Source: Mobula hypostoma (lineage: Eukaryota). Taken from it: a stretch of 64,000 nt of DNA. Of this stretch, positions 34,470-46,676 are shown in pieces. Position 1 is the first letter of the stretch. Each line of letters opens with the position of its first letter. A program made the translations under genes and the position numbers. The stretch covers positions 96,412,001-96,476,000 of the forward strand of contig NC_086108.1 in the NCBI RefSeq assembly GCF_963921235.1, written 5' to 3'. The notes below the pieces were generated by a model. That model was not told where the DNA came from. It saw only the letters and a list, made by a program, of their open reading frames with translations, and did not search any database.

Positions 34470-37400
34470 CCCTAAGACATAGGTGCAGAATTAAGCCACC
34501 CGGCCCATCAAGTCTGCTCCATGGCTGATCCTTTTTTCCCCTCCTCAGCCTTCTCCTTGTAACCTTTGATGCCGTGGCCAATCAAGAACCTACAATCTCT
34601 GCTGTAAATACACCCAACAACCTGGCCTCCACAGTTGCATGTGGTATCAAATTCCACAGATTCACTACCTTCTGGGGAAAGAAATTTCTCCACATCTCTG
34701 TTTTAAATGGACGCCCCTCTATCCAGACTCCGTGCCCTCCTGTTCTAGACCCCCCCCCACCATGGGAAACACCCTTCCACATCTAAGTAGGCCTTTCAAC
34801 ATTCGAAATGTTTCATTGGAATCCCCCTCATCCTTCTAAATTCCAGTGAGTACAGACCCAGAGCCATCAAACATTGTTCATATGATAATCCTTTCATTGC
34901 TGGGATCATCCTTGTGAACCTCCTCTAAACCCTTTCCAATGCCAGCACATCTTTTCTCAGATAAGGATACCAAAACTATTCGCAATACTCAAGGTGAGGC
35001 CTCACCGGTGCCTTATAAAGCCTCAGCATCACATTCCTGCTCTTATGTTCTAGACCTCTTGAAATGAATGCTAACATTGCATTTGCCTTCTTCACCATTG
35101 ACTGAACTTGCAAGTTAACCTTCAGAGTGTTCTGCACAAGGACTAATTCCCTTACATCTCAGATTCCTGAATTTTCTCCCCATTTAGAAAATAGTCGGTA
35201 CATCTATTTCTACTTCCAAAGTGCGAGGACCATGCATTTTCCAACATTGTATTTCATTTGCCACTTTCTTGTCCATTCTCCTAATCTAAGTCCTTCTGCA
35301 TCCTTCCTGTTTCCTCAACACTACCTGTCCCTCCACCAATTTTCGTATCATCTGCAAACTTGGCAACAAAGTCATCTATTCCATCATCTAAATCATTAAT
35401 GTACAACATAAAAAGAAGTCATCCGAACACGGACCTCTGCAGAACACTACTGCAGCCAACCAGAAAAAGAACCTTTTATTCCCACTCGCTGTCTTCTACT
35501 AATCAGCCAATGCTCTAAACATGATAATCTTAACTTTCCTGTAATACCATAGGCTCTGAACTTGGTAAGCAGCCTCATGTGTGGGACCTCACCAAAGGCC
35601 TTGTGAAAGTCCAAATATACAACATCCACTGCGTCCACTTTATCGATCCTTGTAATCTCAAAGAATTCAAACAGGTTCGTCAGGCAAGATTTTCCTTTAA
35701 GGCAACCATGCTGACTTAGTTCTATCATGTCCAGTGTCACCAAGTACTCCATCACCTCATCCTTAACAATTGACTCCAATACCTTCCCAACTACTGAGGC
35801 CAGGCTAACCAGTCTCTAGCTTTTCTACTGGCTCCCTTCTTTCTTAGAGTGGAGTGACATTCATAGTTTTCCAGTCCACCGGAACCATACCAGAGTCCAA
35901 TGATTCTTGAAAGATCATTACTGTCTCCACAATCTCTACCGCTACCTCTTTCAGAACCCTAGGGTGCAGTTCATCTGGTCCGGGTGACTTATGTATCCTG
36001 AGGTCTTTCAGCTTTCTGAGCACCTACCCCCACGTAATAGTAATCACACTCACTTTCCTTCCCTCACACCCTTCAACATCTGGCACACTACTCGTGTCTT
36101 CCACAGTGAAGACTGATGCAAGATACTCATTCAGTTCATCTGTCATCTCGTCCCCCATTATTATTTCTCTGGCCTCACTTTCTAGTGTCCTATATCCACT
36201 TCCATTTCTTTTATTTTTATTATATACTTGAAAAAGGTTTTTCTAACCATCTTGATATTGTTTGCTAGCTTGCTATCATATTTCATCTTTCCCTCCTAAA
36301 GATTTTTTTAGTTGCTTTCTGTGGGGTTTTTAAAGCTTTCCAACCCTCTATCTTCCCACTAATTTTTGCTTTGTTGTATGCCCTCTCTTTTTGCTTTTAC
36401 ATTATTTTTGATATCCCTTGCCACAGTTATGCTATTTTGCCGCTTGAGTGTTTCTTCATTTTTGGAGTACATTTATCCTGCACCTTTCCTCATTTTGCCC
36501 AGAAACTCACGCCACTGCTGCTCTGCTGTCATCCCTGCCAGCGTCTCCTTCCAACTGTTGCGTAACCGGCAACAATGAATATTAATCGAGACAGGTTATA
36601 TAAAAACAACCAAGCACTTATTAAACACGTATAAACGATAAGGGAAAAAAACAAAGGAAAACTTTAACCGGAAGTTAACAGATATGCAGCCGTTCACCAA
36701 CTCCACTCCGCTCTGGTTCTTAAAGCGTTAAATGCGAAAACAGTTCTTAAAGCAATACAGTTAGATATAGTTCTTAAAGCGATAACTTCGTAAGTCCATC
36801 AGATTTACACGTTCAATTGGGAGAGACTTCTCTGAAGAAAGATTTCTTCACAAACGCACCTTTACTGCTGGTTCTGTCCACAGGATTCACGATGCCGAAA
36901 ATAAACTGTTTAAATCGACTGACCTTAAATTCCTTTAGAGAGAGAGAGAGCACCTTTTTGCATGAACTCTTTGCTGTTTCTGGCAAGAGTTATCTCGATG
37001 CAGGTAGCTACTACTCCAACGAAGACTCAATAAGGTCGATCGTTTATTAAACTGCCAAATGATGCCGACTCCTCTCGATCCTGCACTTCGATGAATTCTT
37101 CACTCTCCCTTCGAATGTTGGAATTGAGTAAATCAACACATCTAGCAAAAATTTCCAGTCCAATAATACAATATCTTGTAAGAGAACGCAGCTTCCGTTT
37201 TAAAAATGAAATTGCGTCACAAAAACAAACGCAACAGAAACGGACGCACAACACGTTCTACCTGGAAATCTACAAACTCAAAAATCCCACTGAGTCACCT
37301 GAGTCGACCCATATATAGTCACGGGGCACATGTCATCACGTGACCTCACATCGGCAGGAAAGTCACATCAGGTAACCTCCAAAAGACCATTACATCATTC

Positions 37401-38660
37401 TCACAAAAAAACCCAGATCTCCTTGAGCATGTAACACAACTTACTTTGGCCAACTCCTCTCTCATATCACTGTAATTTCCTTTACACCAAAGAAATACTG
37501 CTACATCAGACTTTACTTTCTCCCCATCAACTTTCAAGTTGCAACTCATATTGTTCCTTTACCTTAAGCTCCCTAATCACCTCCGATTCATTACATAACA
37601 CCTAATCCAGTATAATGGATCCCTAGTAGTCTCAATGACAAGCTGCTCTAAAAAGCCATCTCGTCAGTATTCAACAAATTCACCCTCTTGAGATCCATTA
37701 CCAACCTGATTTTCCCCAATCGACCTGCATATTAAAATCTCCCACGACTATCATAACAATGCCCTTTTGACACACCTTTTCTATTTCCCCATTGTATTCT
37801 GTAGTCCACATCCCAGCCACTGTTTGGAAGCCTGTATATAACTGGCATCAGGGTTCTTTTACATTTGCAGTTTAACTCACCCCACCAGGATTCAACATCT
37901 TTCTAATGATTTGATACCATTCTTTACCAGTAGAGCCACACCACCCTCTCTAACTATCTTTCTATACCTCTGATACAATGCGTAACCTTGGGCATTCAGC
38001 TCCCAACTACAAATATCCTTCAGCCATGATTCAGTGATGGCCACATCACTATTCCCAACAATCTGGAAAAGTACAAGATCATCCACCTTATTTCTTATAC
38101 TCCATGCATTGAGCTATACCACTTTTAGTACTGTATTTGCTACCCTTTTTGATAACTGCATCTCTAACACACTGATACTCACCCTGCTGGCTGCAACGTT
38201 ATCCTATCATCTACCTGCATTTCTTAACAGTCTGACTGCACGCTATCTTTGCTTTTTTACCATCTGTCCTGTTCTGATTCCCTTCACTCTGGTACCCATC
38301 CCCTTGCGGAATTAGTTTAAACCTTCCCCAACAGCTCTAACAAATCTGCCCACAAAAATATTAGTCCCCCTTGGGTTCAGACGCAACTCGCCCCCTTTTT
38401 AAAATATATATATTATACACACACACACATGTAATACAGTACCTCCCCCAGAAGAGATTCCAATGATCCAAGAACCTGAAGCACCAGCTTCTTAGCCATG
38501 CATTTATCTGCCAGATCATCCTGTTTCTACCTTCACTGGCACATGGCACAGGTAGCAATCCAGAAGTTACTACCCTGGAAGTCCTGCTTCTCCGCTTTCT
38601 GCCTAGCCCTCTAAATTCTCTCTTCAGGACCTCTTTGCTTTTCCTTCCTAAACAGGTGCC
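34470..38660 (-). mobile_element. Decayed CR1 (ORF1 end to tail) interrupted by a solo LTR
   Basis: VVTSGLLPVP...WQINAWLRSW (ORF1), AITESWL, YLDFHKAF, KVVNLWNLIP. Confidence 0.88.
36556..37436 (-). mobile_element. Solo LTR, 881 bp (Gypsy/ERV-like)
   Basis: TGTTGC...GTAACA ends; exact 4-bp TSD CAAC at 36552-36555 and 37437-37440. Minus-strand TATATA near 37311-37317 followed by AATAAA near 37043-37048. CpG-rich relative to the flanks. Confidence 0.85.
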
Positions 38661-39048
38661 TTGATCTATATCAAGTACATATGCAATAAACAAAAACAAA
38701 AGGGATTTTCATATAGTTTAATATTTTGGGAAATATGCATCCGAAATAAAATTATGAACAGTTTGGTAGCTAATTTGTCCTCAAATCTAAGGAGTACATT
38801 GTCTTTAAAAAGCTCACGTAACTATTTAAGCACATTTACCAAGCGCTTGACGGGTGACTGTAATGATAATTACCAACAATTCATAAATAAATGGGTTTTA
38901 TTTGGATTTGGGTCTAGTGCCCAATCATTTGTTAGCAAAAACTTCAGCTAATTCTGCATCAGCATCAATGCAACCCTCAGTATCAGTGTAACTAACAATG
39001 ATTGTGACCAAGAAATGTGACAAACACCATTTTTCAATAAACTATCAT

Positions 39049-39054
39049 TTTATT
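39049..39054 (-). promoter_or_regulatory. Candidate CDC7 polyadenylation signal (AATAAA); alternative at 38897-38902
   Basis: TTTATT on the plus strand, ~500 nt past the stop codon in repeat-free AT-rich sequence. Confidence 0.45.
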
Positions 39055-39554
39055 GACGATCATTGCTTTGCAGTAAGGGTGTAAATGGAAAACAAGACAT
39101 TGGTTATGACTGAGCTTTTGGTAATAAAGGGTGCAAATCATTCAGTTTTCAAATAAAATTTAGATCCATTTTCTCATTAGGAAAACCCGCCCAAAACCTT
39201 CAATCTTTGTGTAGACACGTAGACTGCTATTGACCCTTGCACCATGCTATCAGTCCTTGCGTTCCCTTGGTTGGAGGGGAAACTGTTTGGTATTGAAGAT
39301 CTTGGGGAGAAAATTAAAATTTTAAATAAAATCACTAAAGGCACGAATTTCATGCCTTTTAATAAAAAGCAGATTCACTATCAAGTCAGAGCTAGCGACT
39401 GAAGAAACAGCAGTTTTCACAAGTAATGTCAAGAAACAGAAAAACTTGACCTAAAGAGGCTGGTTAGTTTTAGTAGAAAATTCTGAACGTATTGACGTGC
39501 ATTTCAGTAGTTAACCACAGACGCAATACGGATCATTAAGTATCCTAAAAACAA

Positions 39555-39964
39555 TTACATGCCTTCGAAGAATGGATGCTTCAAAGCTATTTCTGCAGTT
39601 ATTCTGGTTGCCGGGTTCAAATCTAAAAGCTTATCTAGAAGATCATAGGCTAGATCTGGGACTCCACACCAGTTCTTTGTGTCTGAAGATTTGGCTTTGC
39701 TTTTGAAATCAGAGTTCCACTGAATATCCTGTTTCACTGTTCTGAGCTGGTTTGGAACTTCTTGTGTGCATGACAAGGAAGCACCCTCTGTTTCATCATT
39801 CTTGGCATCTGGAACTTGCACTGTGCCCGAGCTATATAAACAATCCACCTGCTCACTCCTTTGGTTTGACTTTCTTTTACTGGAGCAGTGCGTTCCTCGG
39901 AGCCTTTCACACAAAGTCCTCAAATCCAGCTTCGGACATTCCTTACTGCACGACACAGCCTTAC
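39555..39964 (-). CDS. CDC7: Cell division cycle 7 kinase, last coding exon (kinase insert 3 and subdomain XI)
   Basis: Acceptor tatttctaatttccag, phase 1. (G)KAVSCSKECPKLDLRTLCERLRG...WCGVPDLAYDLLDKLLDLNPATRITAEIALKHPFFEGM* matches the vertebrate CDC7 C-terminus and is in frame with the exon at 58511-58660. Confidence 0.95.
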
Positions 39965-39984
39965 CTGGAAATTAGAAATAAGCT

Positions 39985-40282
39985 TTAAGATTAGTTTTAT
40001 TTGTCACACGTACATCAAAACATGCATCAAATCAATTCAGTGAGGATTGTGCTACAACAAGTGTTGTCGCAGTTCTAGTACTAACACAGCATGTCCACAG
40101 CTCACTAACCCTAACCATTTATCTTCGGAATGTGGGAGGAAACCGGAGCACCTGGAGGAAACCCACGTGGTCACGGGAAAACATACAAACTCCTTACAGG
40201 CAGCAGTGGGAATCGAAGCCCAATCAGTGATTGCTGGTGCTTTAGAATGACTGGGGTAACCGCTATGCTGCAGTGCTGCCAC
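39985..40282 (-). mobile_element. tRNA-derived V-SINE-like element next to the CDC7 acceptor
   Basis: Homologous to 1900-2206. Confidence 0.7.
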
Positions 40283-41065
40283 TAGATACGATTCTAATCC
40301 TTTAAATTCAGACAGTATATTTTCATTAAATAAGGAAAACAAAACATCAATTTTCTGATGCATAAAAATAATATTTTGGCTGAACTCCAACATTGAGGTA
40401 TGACAGTACTATAGACATGACTATCCTGAAGGAGTCTTCATTCTCAGGGATCAGTCACTATATCCAAGTGAACTACTGCTGTGAAATTACATTTGGGGAT
40501 GAAATGCAAACACTGACCAACATTGCAACCAAAAGTTTTACATTTTAATAAACATAGTAAGTAAATGGAGGGTGGGGAGGGAAATCCCAACACTAGCTCC
40601 AGGTCTTTTACAGCTCCCATCACATTTTTTCCATCCTTATCTATTTTCCATAACAATCTGTAATCTATCTTAAAGCATCTCTACCTAAATGATTCAAAGC
40701 AGATTTTGTGTACTCTGATTTTTTTAGAAGTAATTTTAGTTTTTTTTGTATCTGGATAAAAGTGTCTAAGGTTACTGGAGCTGTCAGTATCCCCCCGCTC
40801 CAGATATGAAACAACAGGCTTCCTACTGGGAGCTGCAAGTATCTGCTAATGAAAAGTACAGGAATGCAGGGATGTAACAAACGTTTTTTTCTGTACTCCA
40901 AGTGGAATTGTTTGTACAAACACTTGTTCTCAAAGGCAACCAGTCCAATGGTACACATGACCCAATGATTAAGTGTGATATCATCATCAGAAGTTTGCTG
41001 TGTACAAGGTGGTAATTCTGTGTGACCTGCACTCTGACTGCTCTTAGCGAAGACGTTACCAAAGA

Positions 41066-42265
41066 CAGTAGATTTTGGTTAATTGGGCCACCGATTAATT
41101 GTGGCAGCCACTTACGAGGGGTGATTGATAAGTTTGTGGCCTAAGGTAGAAGGAAATGAGTTATACAGCTCTCGTTACATGCACATGCAGTTCAACACCT
41201 TGAGTGATTATGCAGAAAGTTTGAAGTTAATAACTCATCTCCTTCTACCATAGGCCACGAACTTATCAGTCACCCCTGATGAGTTATTAACTTCAAACTT
41301 TCTGCATAATCACTCAGAGTTGAACTGCATGTGCATGTAACGAGAATTGTATAACTCATCTCCTTCTACCTTAGGTCACGAACTTATCAATGACCCCTGC
41401 TGTGGACACTTTCTGGAGGTCCAAGATCCGTATGCTCCACGACCAGTGGACTAAGTGTGTAAATGTAGGAGGGGACTATGTTGAAACATAAATGTGCTAG
41501 GTTTTCTAAAATTGACTCCTTCTACCTTAGACCACAAACTTATCAATCACCCCTCGTATTTGGAACACCTCTTATAGAACAAAAACTAATCGAGAAAATT
41601 GATTTGGGACACTATATTGTTTAATTGGGACAGGAGATTGGCCAAGTAGATTCTAACTGGCGTCAGTCACACACACTTGTGTGGCCGTTAGATGCTTTAC
41701 TGTGCTAAGAGCGGACAGTTTTTTAAATAGCGTCAGTTTCGCGTACTTGTATTCAAAAAGCAGTGATTTCTGTCACTGATAGTTGGCAAGACATAAGCAG
41801 CAAGAACTGTTTTGCTCACTGCAGTTTCAAGCATTCAGGTTTGGAGATGCCACAAATAGGTGGGAGTGAAAATGAAACAATTTCACTACTTCAGCACGTA
41901 GAGGGCTACAAAGAATTAGAAGGTATCAACAGTCATCTTACAATGAAAATGAACATCTGGAGGATGCAACTAACGACAGTATTTTATGAAGGTAGACCAT
42001 TATCTGCACCAGGTGTCTGCGCTGATTTTGTTCATTGGATACACTGGATGAATTCCTCCATTGATAACCATTCAGAACTAATACAGTAGTACTATTGAGA
42101 GTGTTCTAATTTGTTCTGTATTTCACTTAAATACACAAGTTGTTACTCAGTTTTTTTTTCTATACCTTTTTAACTATTTCCATGAATCTTCAACTAATTG
42201 AAGCAGCCACTTATTGGCATCAAAATCTACTGGTCTCGATGTGCCTCATTTAAACTGAATTCATG
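41066..42265 (+). mobile_element. Tigger/pogo-like non-autonomous DNA transposon
   Basis: TIR CAGTAGATTTTGGTTAATTG and a degenerate right TIR followed by TA. Remnant SWQDISSKNCFAHCSF resembles the Tigger transposase C-terminal W..I....NCF motif. Paralogous to 25412-30869. Confidence 0.75.
41115..41556. mobile_element. Mariner-type MITE nested in the Tigger-like element
   Basis: TA TSD at 41113-41114 and 41557-41558; ~39-bp TIR CGAGGGGTGATTGATAAGTTTGTGGCCTAAGGTAGAAGGA. Confidence 0.88.
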
Positions 42266-42494
42266 TATCTGCAAACTGCCAGCACACATAACTGGCAAAG
42301 ACAATGGGAACTGTATCAGCAGACTGGGAAAAGAAACAATGCCACTACTTGCAATCCATTTTATAGCTTCTATCCTGCAAAAAGCTAATACTGTATGACT
42401 TCTTAGTTCTGTTTTCCTTTTGACAACAGACTGAGGAGGACAGTACTGTTGAGAGGTGTAGAGAATTTTTCCTAAACCTTAATTCCGCATCTTC

Positions 42495-43472
42495 CTCCTC
42501 TACTCACTTTACATATGGCTGTGTGGCTAAGAACTGTTCAAGTTTGCCAATGATATCACTGTCATAGGCTGAATCAAAGGTGGTAACAAATCAGCACATA
42601 GAGGGTGACTGAAAGTCTGGCTGAGTAATATCTTAACAACAACTGCTTACTCAATGTCACCAGGACCGAGAAACTGATTATTACTTCAGAAAGAAACCAA
42701 AGGTCCATGAGTCAGCGCTCAACGGAGGATCAGAGGTAGAGAGTCAGCAACTTTTAAGTTCCTTGGTGTTACTATTTCGGAGAACCTGTCCTGGGCCTGG
42801 TATGAAAGTGCAATTAGGAAAAAAGGACTGTAGCGCCTCGACTTCCTCAGGAGTTTGCACAGATTCAGCATGACATCTAAAACTTTGACAAACTTTTATA
42901 GGCGTGTAGTGGAGAGTATATTGACTAGATGTATCACAGCCTGGTATGGAAACACCAATCCCACAAAACGTAGTGGATACAGCCCAGTCTATCATGGGTA
43001 AATCACTCCCAACCATCCACACAACTACATGAAGCATTGTTGCAGGAAAACAGCATTTATCATCAGGGATCCCACTAGCCAGGACATGCTCTCTTCTTGC
43101 TGCTGCCATCAGGAAGATGGTACAGGAGCCTCAGGACTCAGACCACCAGGTTCAGGAACAGTTATTAAAAAATATCAGGCTCTTGAACCAAAACTTTCCC
43201 ATCATTGGAATGTTCCCACAACCTATGGACTCATTCTCAAGGACTCTTCATTTCATGTCCTTGATATTTATTGCTTATTTATTCATTATTATTACTTGTT
43301 TATTTTTGTATTTACATGGTTTGTTCTCTTTTACACACTGGTTGAATGCCCAAGTTGATTCTATTATGATTATTCTTCTAATATGGATTTATTGAGTATT
43401 CCTGCAAGAAAATGAATCTCAGGCATGTATATGGTGACATATATGTACTTAGATAATAAATTTACTTTGAAC
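42495..43472 (+). mobile_element. Decayed Rex1/Babar-like LINE (RT end to tail)
   Basis: AAGTTTGCCAATGATATCACT (FADD-like), GTGGAGAGTATATTGACT...TGGTATGGAAAC; AATAAATTTACTTTGAAC tail. Confidence 0.78.
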
Positions 43473-43749
43473 TTATATATTTAAAGCATTTCCAAGATGT
43501 TTCATACTTCATCTGCCATACTACTACTGCATCTTTGTTTAAGGGTCCCCTTTAAGCTTCACAAACACCCTTGCTATGATATCCTTACCATAGCCCTGAT
43601 GACAAATCAAGTTAATTCCGAAAGCCAACTAAACTAGGCATAAAGGATTATAATTTCGTTTAGGCCAGAAAAATAAAATAATTCTAATCACTGAGGTGTG
43701 AACTATATCCCTTAGATTATTTTTACTATTAATGTCATGTGTGACAAGA

Positions 43750-44660
43750 TAGAACATAGAACATTTCAGCACAGTATAGGCCCTTCAGCCCACGATGCTG
43801 TGCCAACGTCTTAACGTACTCAAAGATCAACCTCACACTTCTCTCTGACATAGCCCTCCATTTTCCCATCATTCATGTGCCTATATAAAAGTTTCTTAAA
43901 TGTCCTGATGTACCTGTCTCTACCACTACCTGTGTACAGAATTTACCTCTGACATCTCCCTTTCTTCTAATAATCTTAAAATTATGCTCCCTTGTATTAG
44001 CCATTTCCACCCTGAGAAAAAGTCTCTGGCTGTCCACTTGATCTATGCCTCAAACAAGTTACCTCTCATCCTTCTTTGCTCCAAAGAGTAAGTTTCATGA
44101 TGGGTCTGGAACTTGGAGAGGAACGGGCGAAGGGATACAGAGGTACGGCCCGAGCTCACTCATCTTATCTTTATAAGATAGTGCTTCAAAATGCTTCTAA
44201 TCCAGGCAGCATTCTGGTAAATCTCCTCTGCAACCTTTCCAAAGCTTCCACATTCTTCCTATAATGAGGTGACCAGAACTGAACACAATATTCCAAGTGT
44301 AAGTGTGGTCTAACCAGGGCTTTATAGAGCTGTGACATTACCTCGCATCTGATAAAATCAAACACAGTGGAAAAACTGTGTGCTATCTAGACAGGGTGAA
44401 AGGTGAGTAGTTTAAAGGAAACACAAGGGGAAATTCCTTCACTCAGAGTTGTGAGAGCATGGATTGAGATGCCAACACAAGTGAGCATGCGAGTTTGATT
44501 TCAACGTTTAAGTGAAGTTTGGATTGGTACACGGATAGAAGGGATATTGAAGTTTATGGTCCTGGTGCAGGTTGATGGGAGAAGGGAGTTTAAATGGTTT
44601 TGGCGTGGACTAGATGGGCCAAAGGGCATGTTTCTGTACTGTACTTCTCTATGATTATGA
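43750..44660. mobile_element. Two divergent CR1 3' fragments (43750-44345 minus; ~44390-44660 plus)
   Basis: Both resemble CR1 3' termini with TTCTATG-like tails. Confidence 0.65.
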
Positions 44661-46676
44661 CTTTACGACATCCAAACTTCAGATTCTGCCATGCACAAAT
44701 ACAATGAAGTAGTAAGAAGAAAACAGAATGCAGAATTTAACGTTGTAGTTAAAATGCACTGCAGGTAAACAAACATGCAACGTCTGGAGTGGCCTCCAAG
44801 AAAATGATAACTTCCTCAAATCTTATACATTCAGGGCATTTTGCCAGCAGCAGAAATTATTTAATACATTGCAAGCACTGACTTTTCTATTAATAATCTG
44901 GACCTTGCCAAGAAGGACATTTTGACCTCCCAAGATTCTAGAGCCTTCTGAAAGGGGTGGCACAGAGGAGCCAGTGGTTCAACAAATACTTGAACTAAAT
45001 TCCACAAGTTCCCTTATTTTGAAAGGGATATGTTTAATTCATTAGATTGCGTTGCTAAGCTAGGCCTCCAGATTTGATGTCTATCTGTTATTTTTGGAAG
45101 TCTTATATCATTGGAAGGATAAACTGTAACTGAGCACCTGGTAGTTTATGGAAACATTATTTTCTTAGAGCCAACGTACAGAAACAGGCCATTAGGCCCA
45201 GTATATTCATGCTGTCCATCATGTATCCACTTGTACTATTCTCATTTTTCACAGATTTCTGTGCTCTGGTGACTCAAGTATTCAGCTAGCCTCAAAATAC
45301 ACAGTGGTTGTTTGCCAGTCTTTATGTATAAATTCCATTGTATTTCTTTATTTTCCTGTAAATACCTGCAATGAAATGAATCTCAGCGTAGTATAATATA
45401 TCTACTTTGACCTTCTCTTGTCACCTCTCTGATGCCGAGCAATCAGTCATCAATGGAAAGCTTGCCTCTGTATCCCTTCGCCCACTACTCTACAAGTTCC
45501 AGGCCCATCAAGATGTTGAAATCTTTGTCACTCCTACCTCTATAACCACTGTCCTTCGTCCATACCTCCTCTGGCACTACTCCCCGTCTCTTTCGGTTAC
45601 ACTGATGAGTGCCTTAGTGTTATGAACTACACCCGTGTGGAACTCATTTATCAACACTCCCCCAAACGCCCAACAAATGGAAGCTGCTTCACCCACTGAG
45701 ATCCTCTTGGAAACTGTTTGTTACTTCCACTATGAGACTCAGCCTCCACTCTCTCGGAGAAATAATTGTTTAGTCAGACCCCCACCCTACCTCTTAAACG
45801 TATGCACAGTATTCTTTCACATCTTTGCAATGGGGACAAAATGTTCTTTCCTATCTAATGCCTTCATGATGCATATAATTAGTCAGGTGTCTCTCAGCTA
45901 TCCAGCCTCTCATCATAACTCTCATCTTCACCCTTTCTCTAGTACAATCACATTCTTCCTGTAGTGCAGCACTCAAAACCGAACACAGCACTTCAGCTTG
46001 GCTTAACCACCCCTTTTTTAAGATTGTACCATAACCTCAGTTCTTCATTCTGTGTCCTGATTAATGAAGACAAATATCGCATACTCCTTGATCACCTTGT
46101 ATACTTGAGCAAATTGCTTCAAGCATCCTTGCACTGGTCTACCGGGGTATCACCATTTATTGTACATATATATCCTTGCCTTACGAGTCATAACAAAAAT
46201 GCATCACCTAATTTTCATCATGGTTAAGTTGTACTTGCCAATGCTGTGCCCATCAATACTGTACTGTAGTATGGGATTAGCCTCTCACTATTACACCATA
46301 TATTTTTCATGTCAGCTGACTTACTGGATTGTAAATGTAGGACCATATTTCTCACATTCACAATCCACATATTCATAGCTAACGAAGGGTAAAAGGTCTC
46401 AGAGGCAATTCCCAGGTATTCCATTAGTTCCAACTGCAAAAACAACCCTGTATCATTCAATACCACACCAATTTTGCACCACGATAAAGCAATGCCAACT
46501 CCGATGGATAGTGGATGCCTAACTCACGTACCACAAACTCCTTTACTCCTATTTGAAGGAAGGACAGTGAGTTCCTGGTGTGCAAAAGAAATGCTTCTAA
46601 GATAACATCAAAAATCAGCCTGAAGAAACTCAACATTACATCTAAAAACTGGGAAGACATTGCACTCAATATACTC

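Noticed and set aside
38740..39370. Cluster of plus-strand AATAAA suggesting the 3' end of a convergent gene (TGFBR3 is the neighbour in mammals)
   Set aside because: AT-rich UTR sequence yields such hexamers by chance, and I found no TGFBR3-like coding exon in the window.
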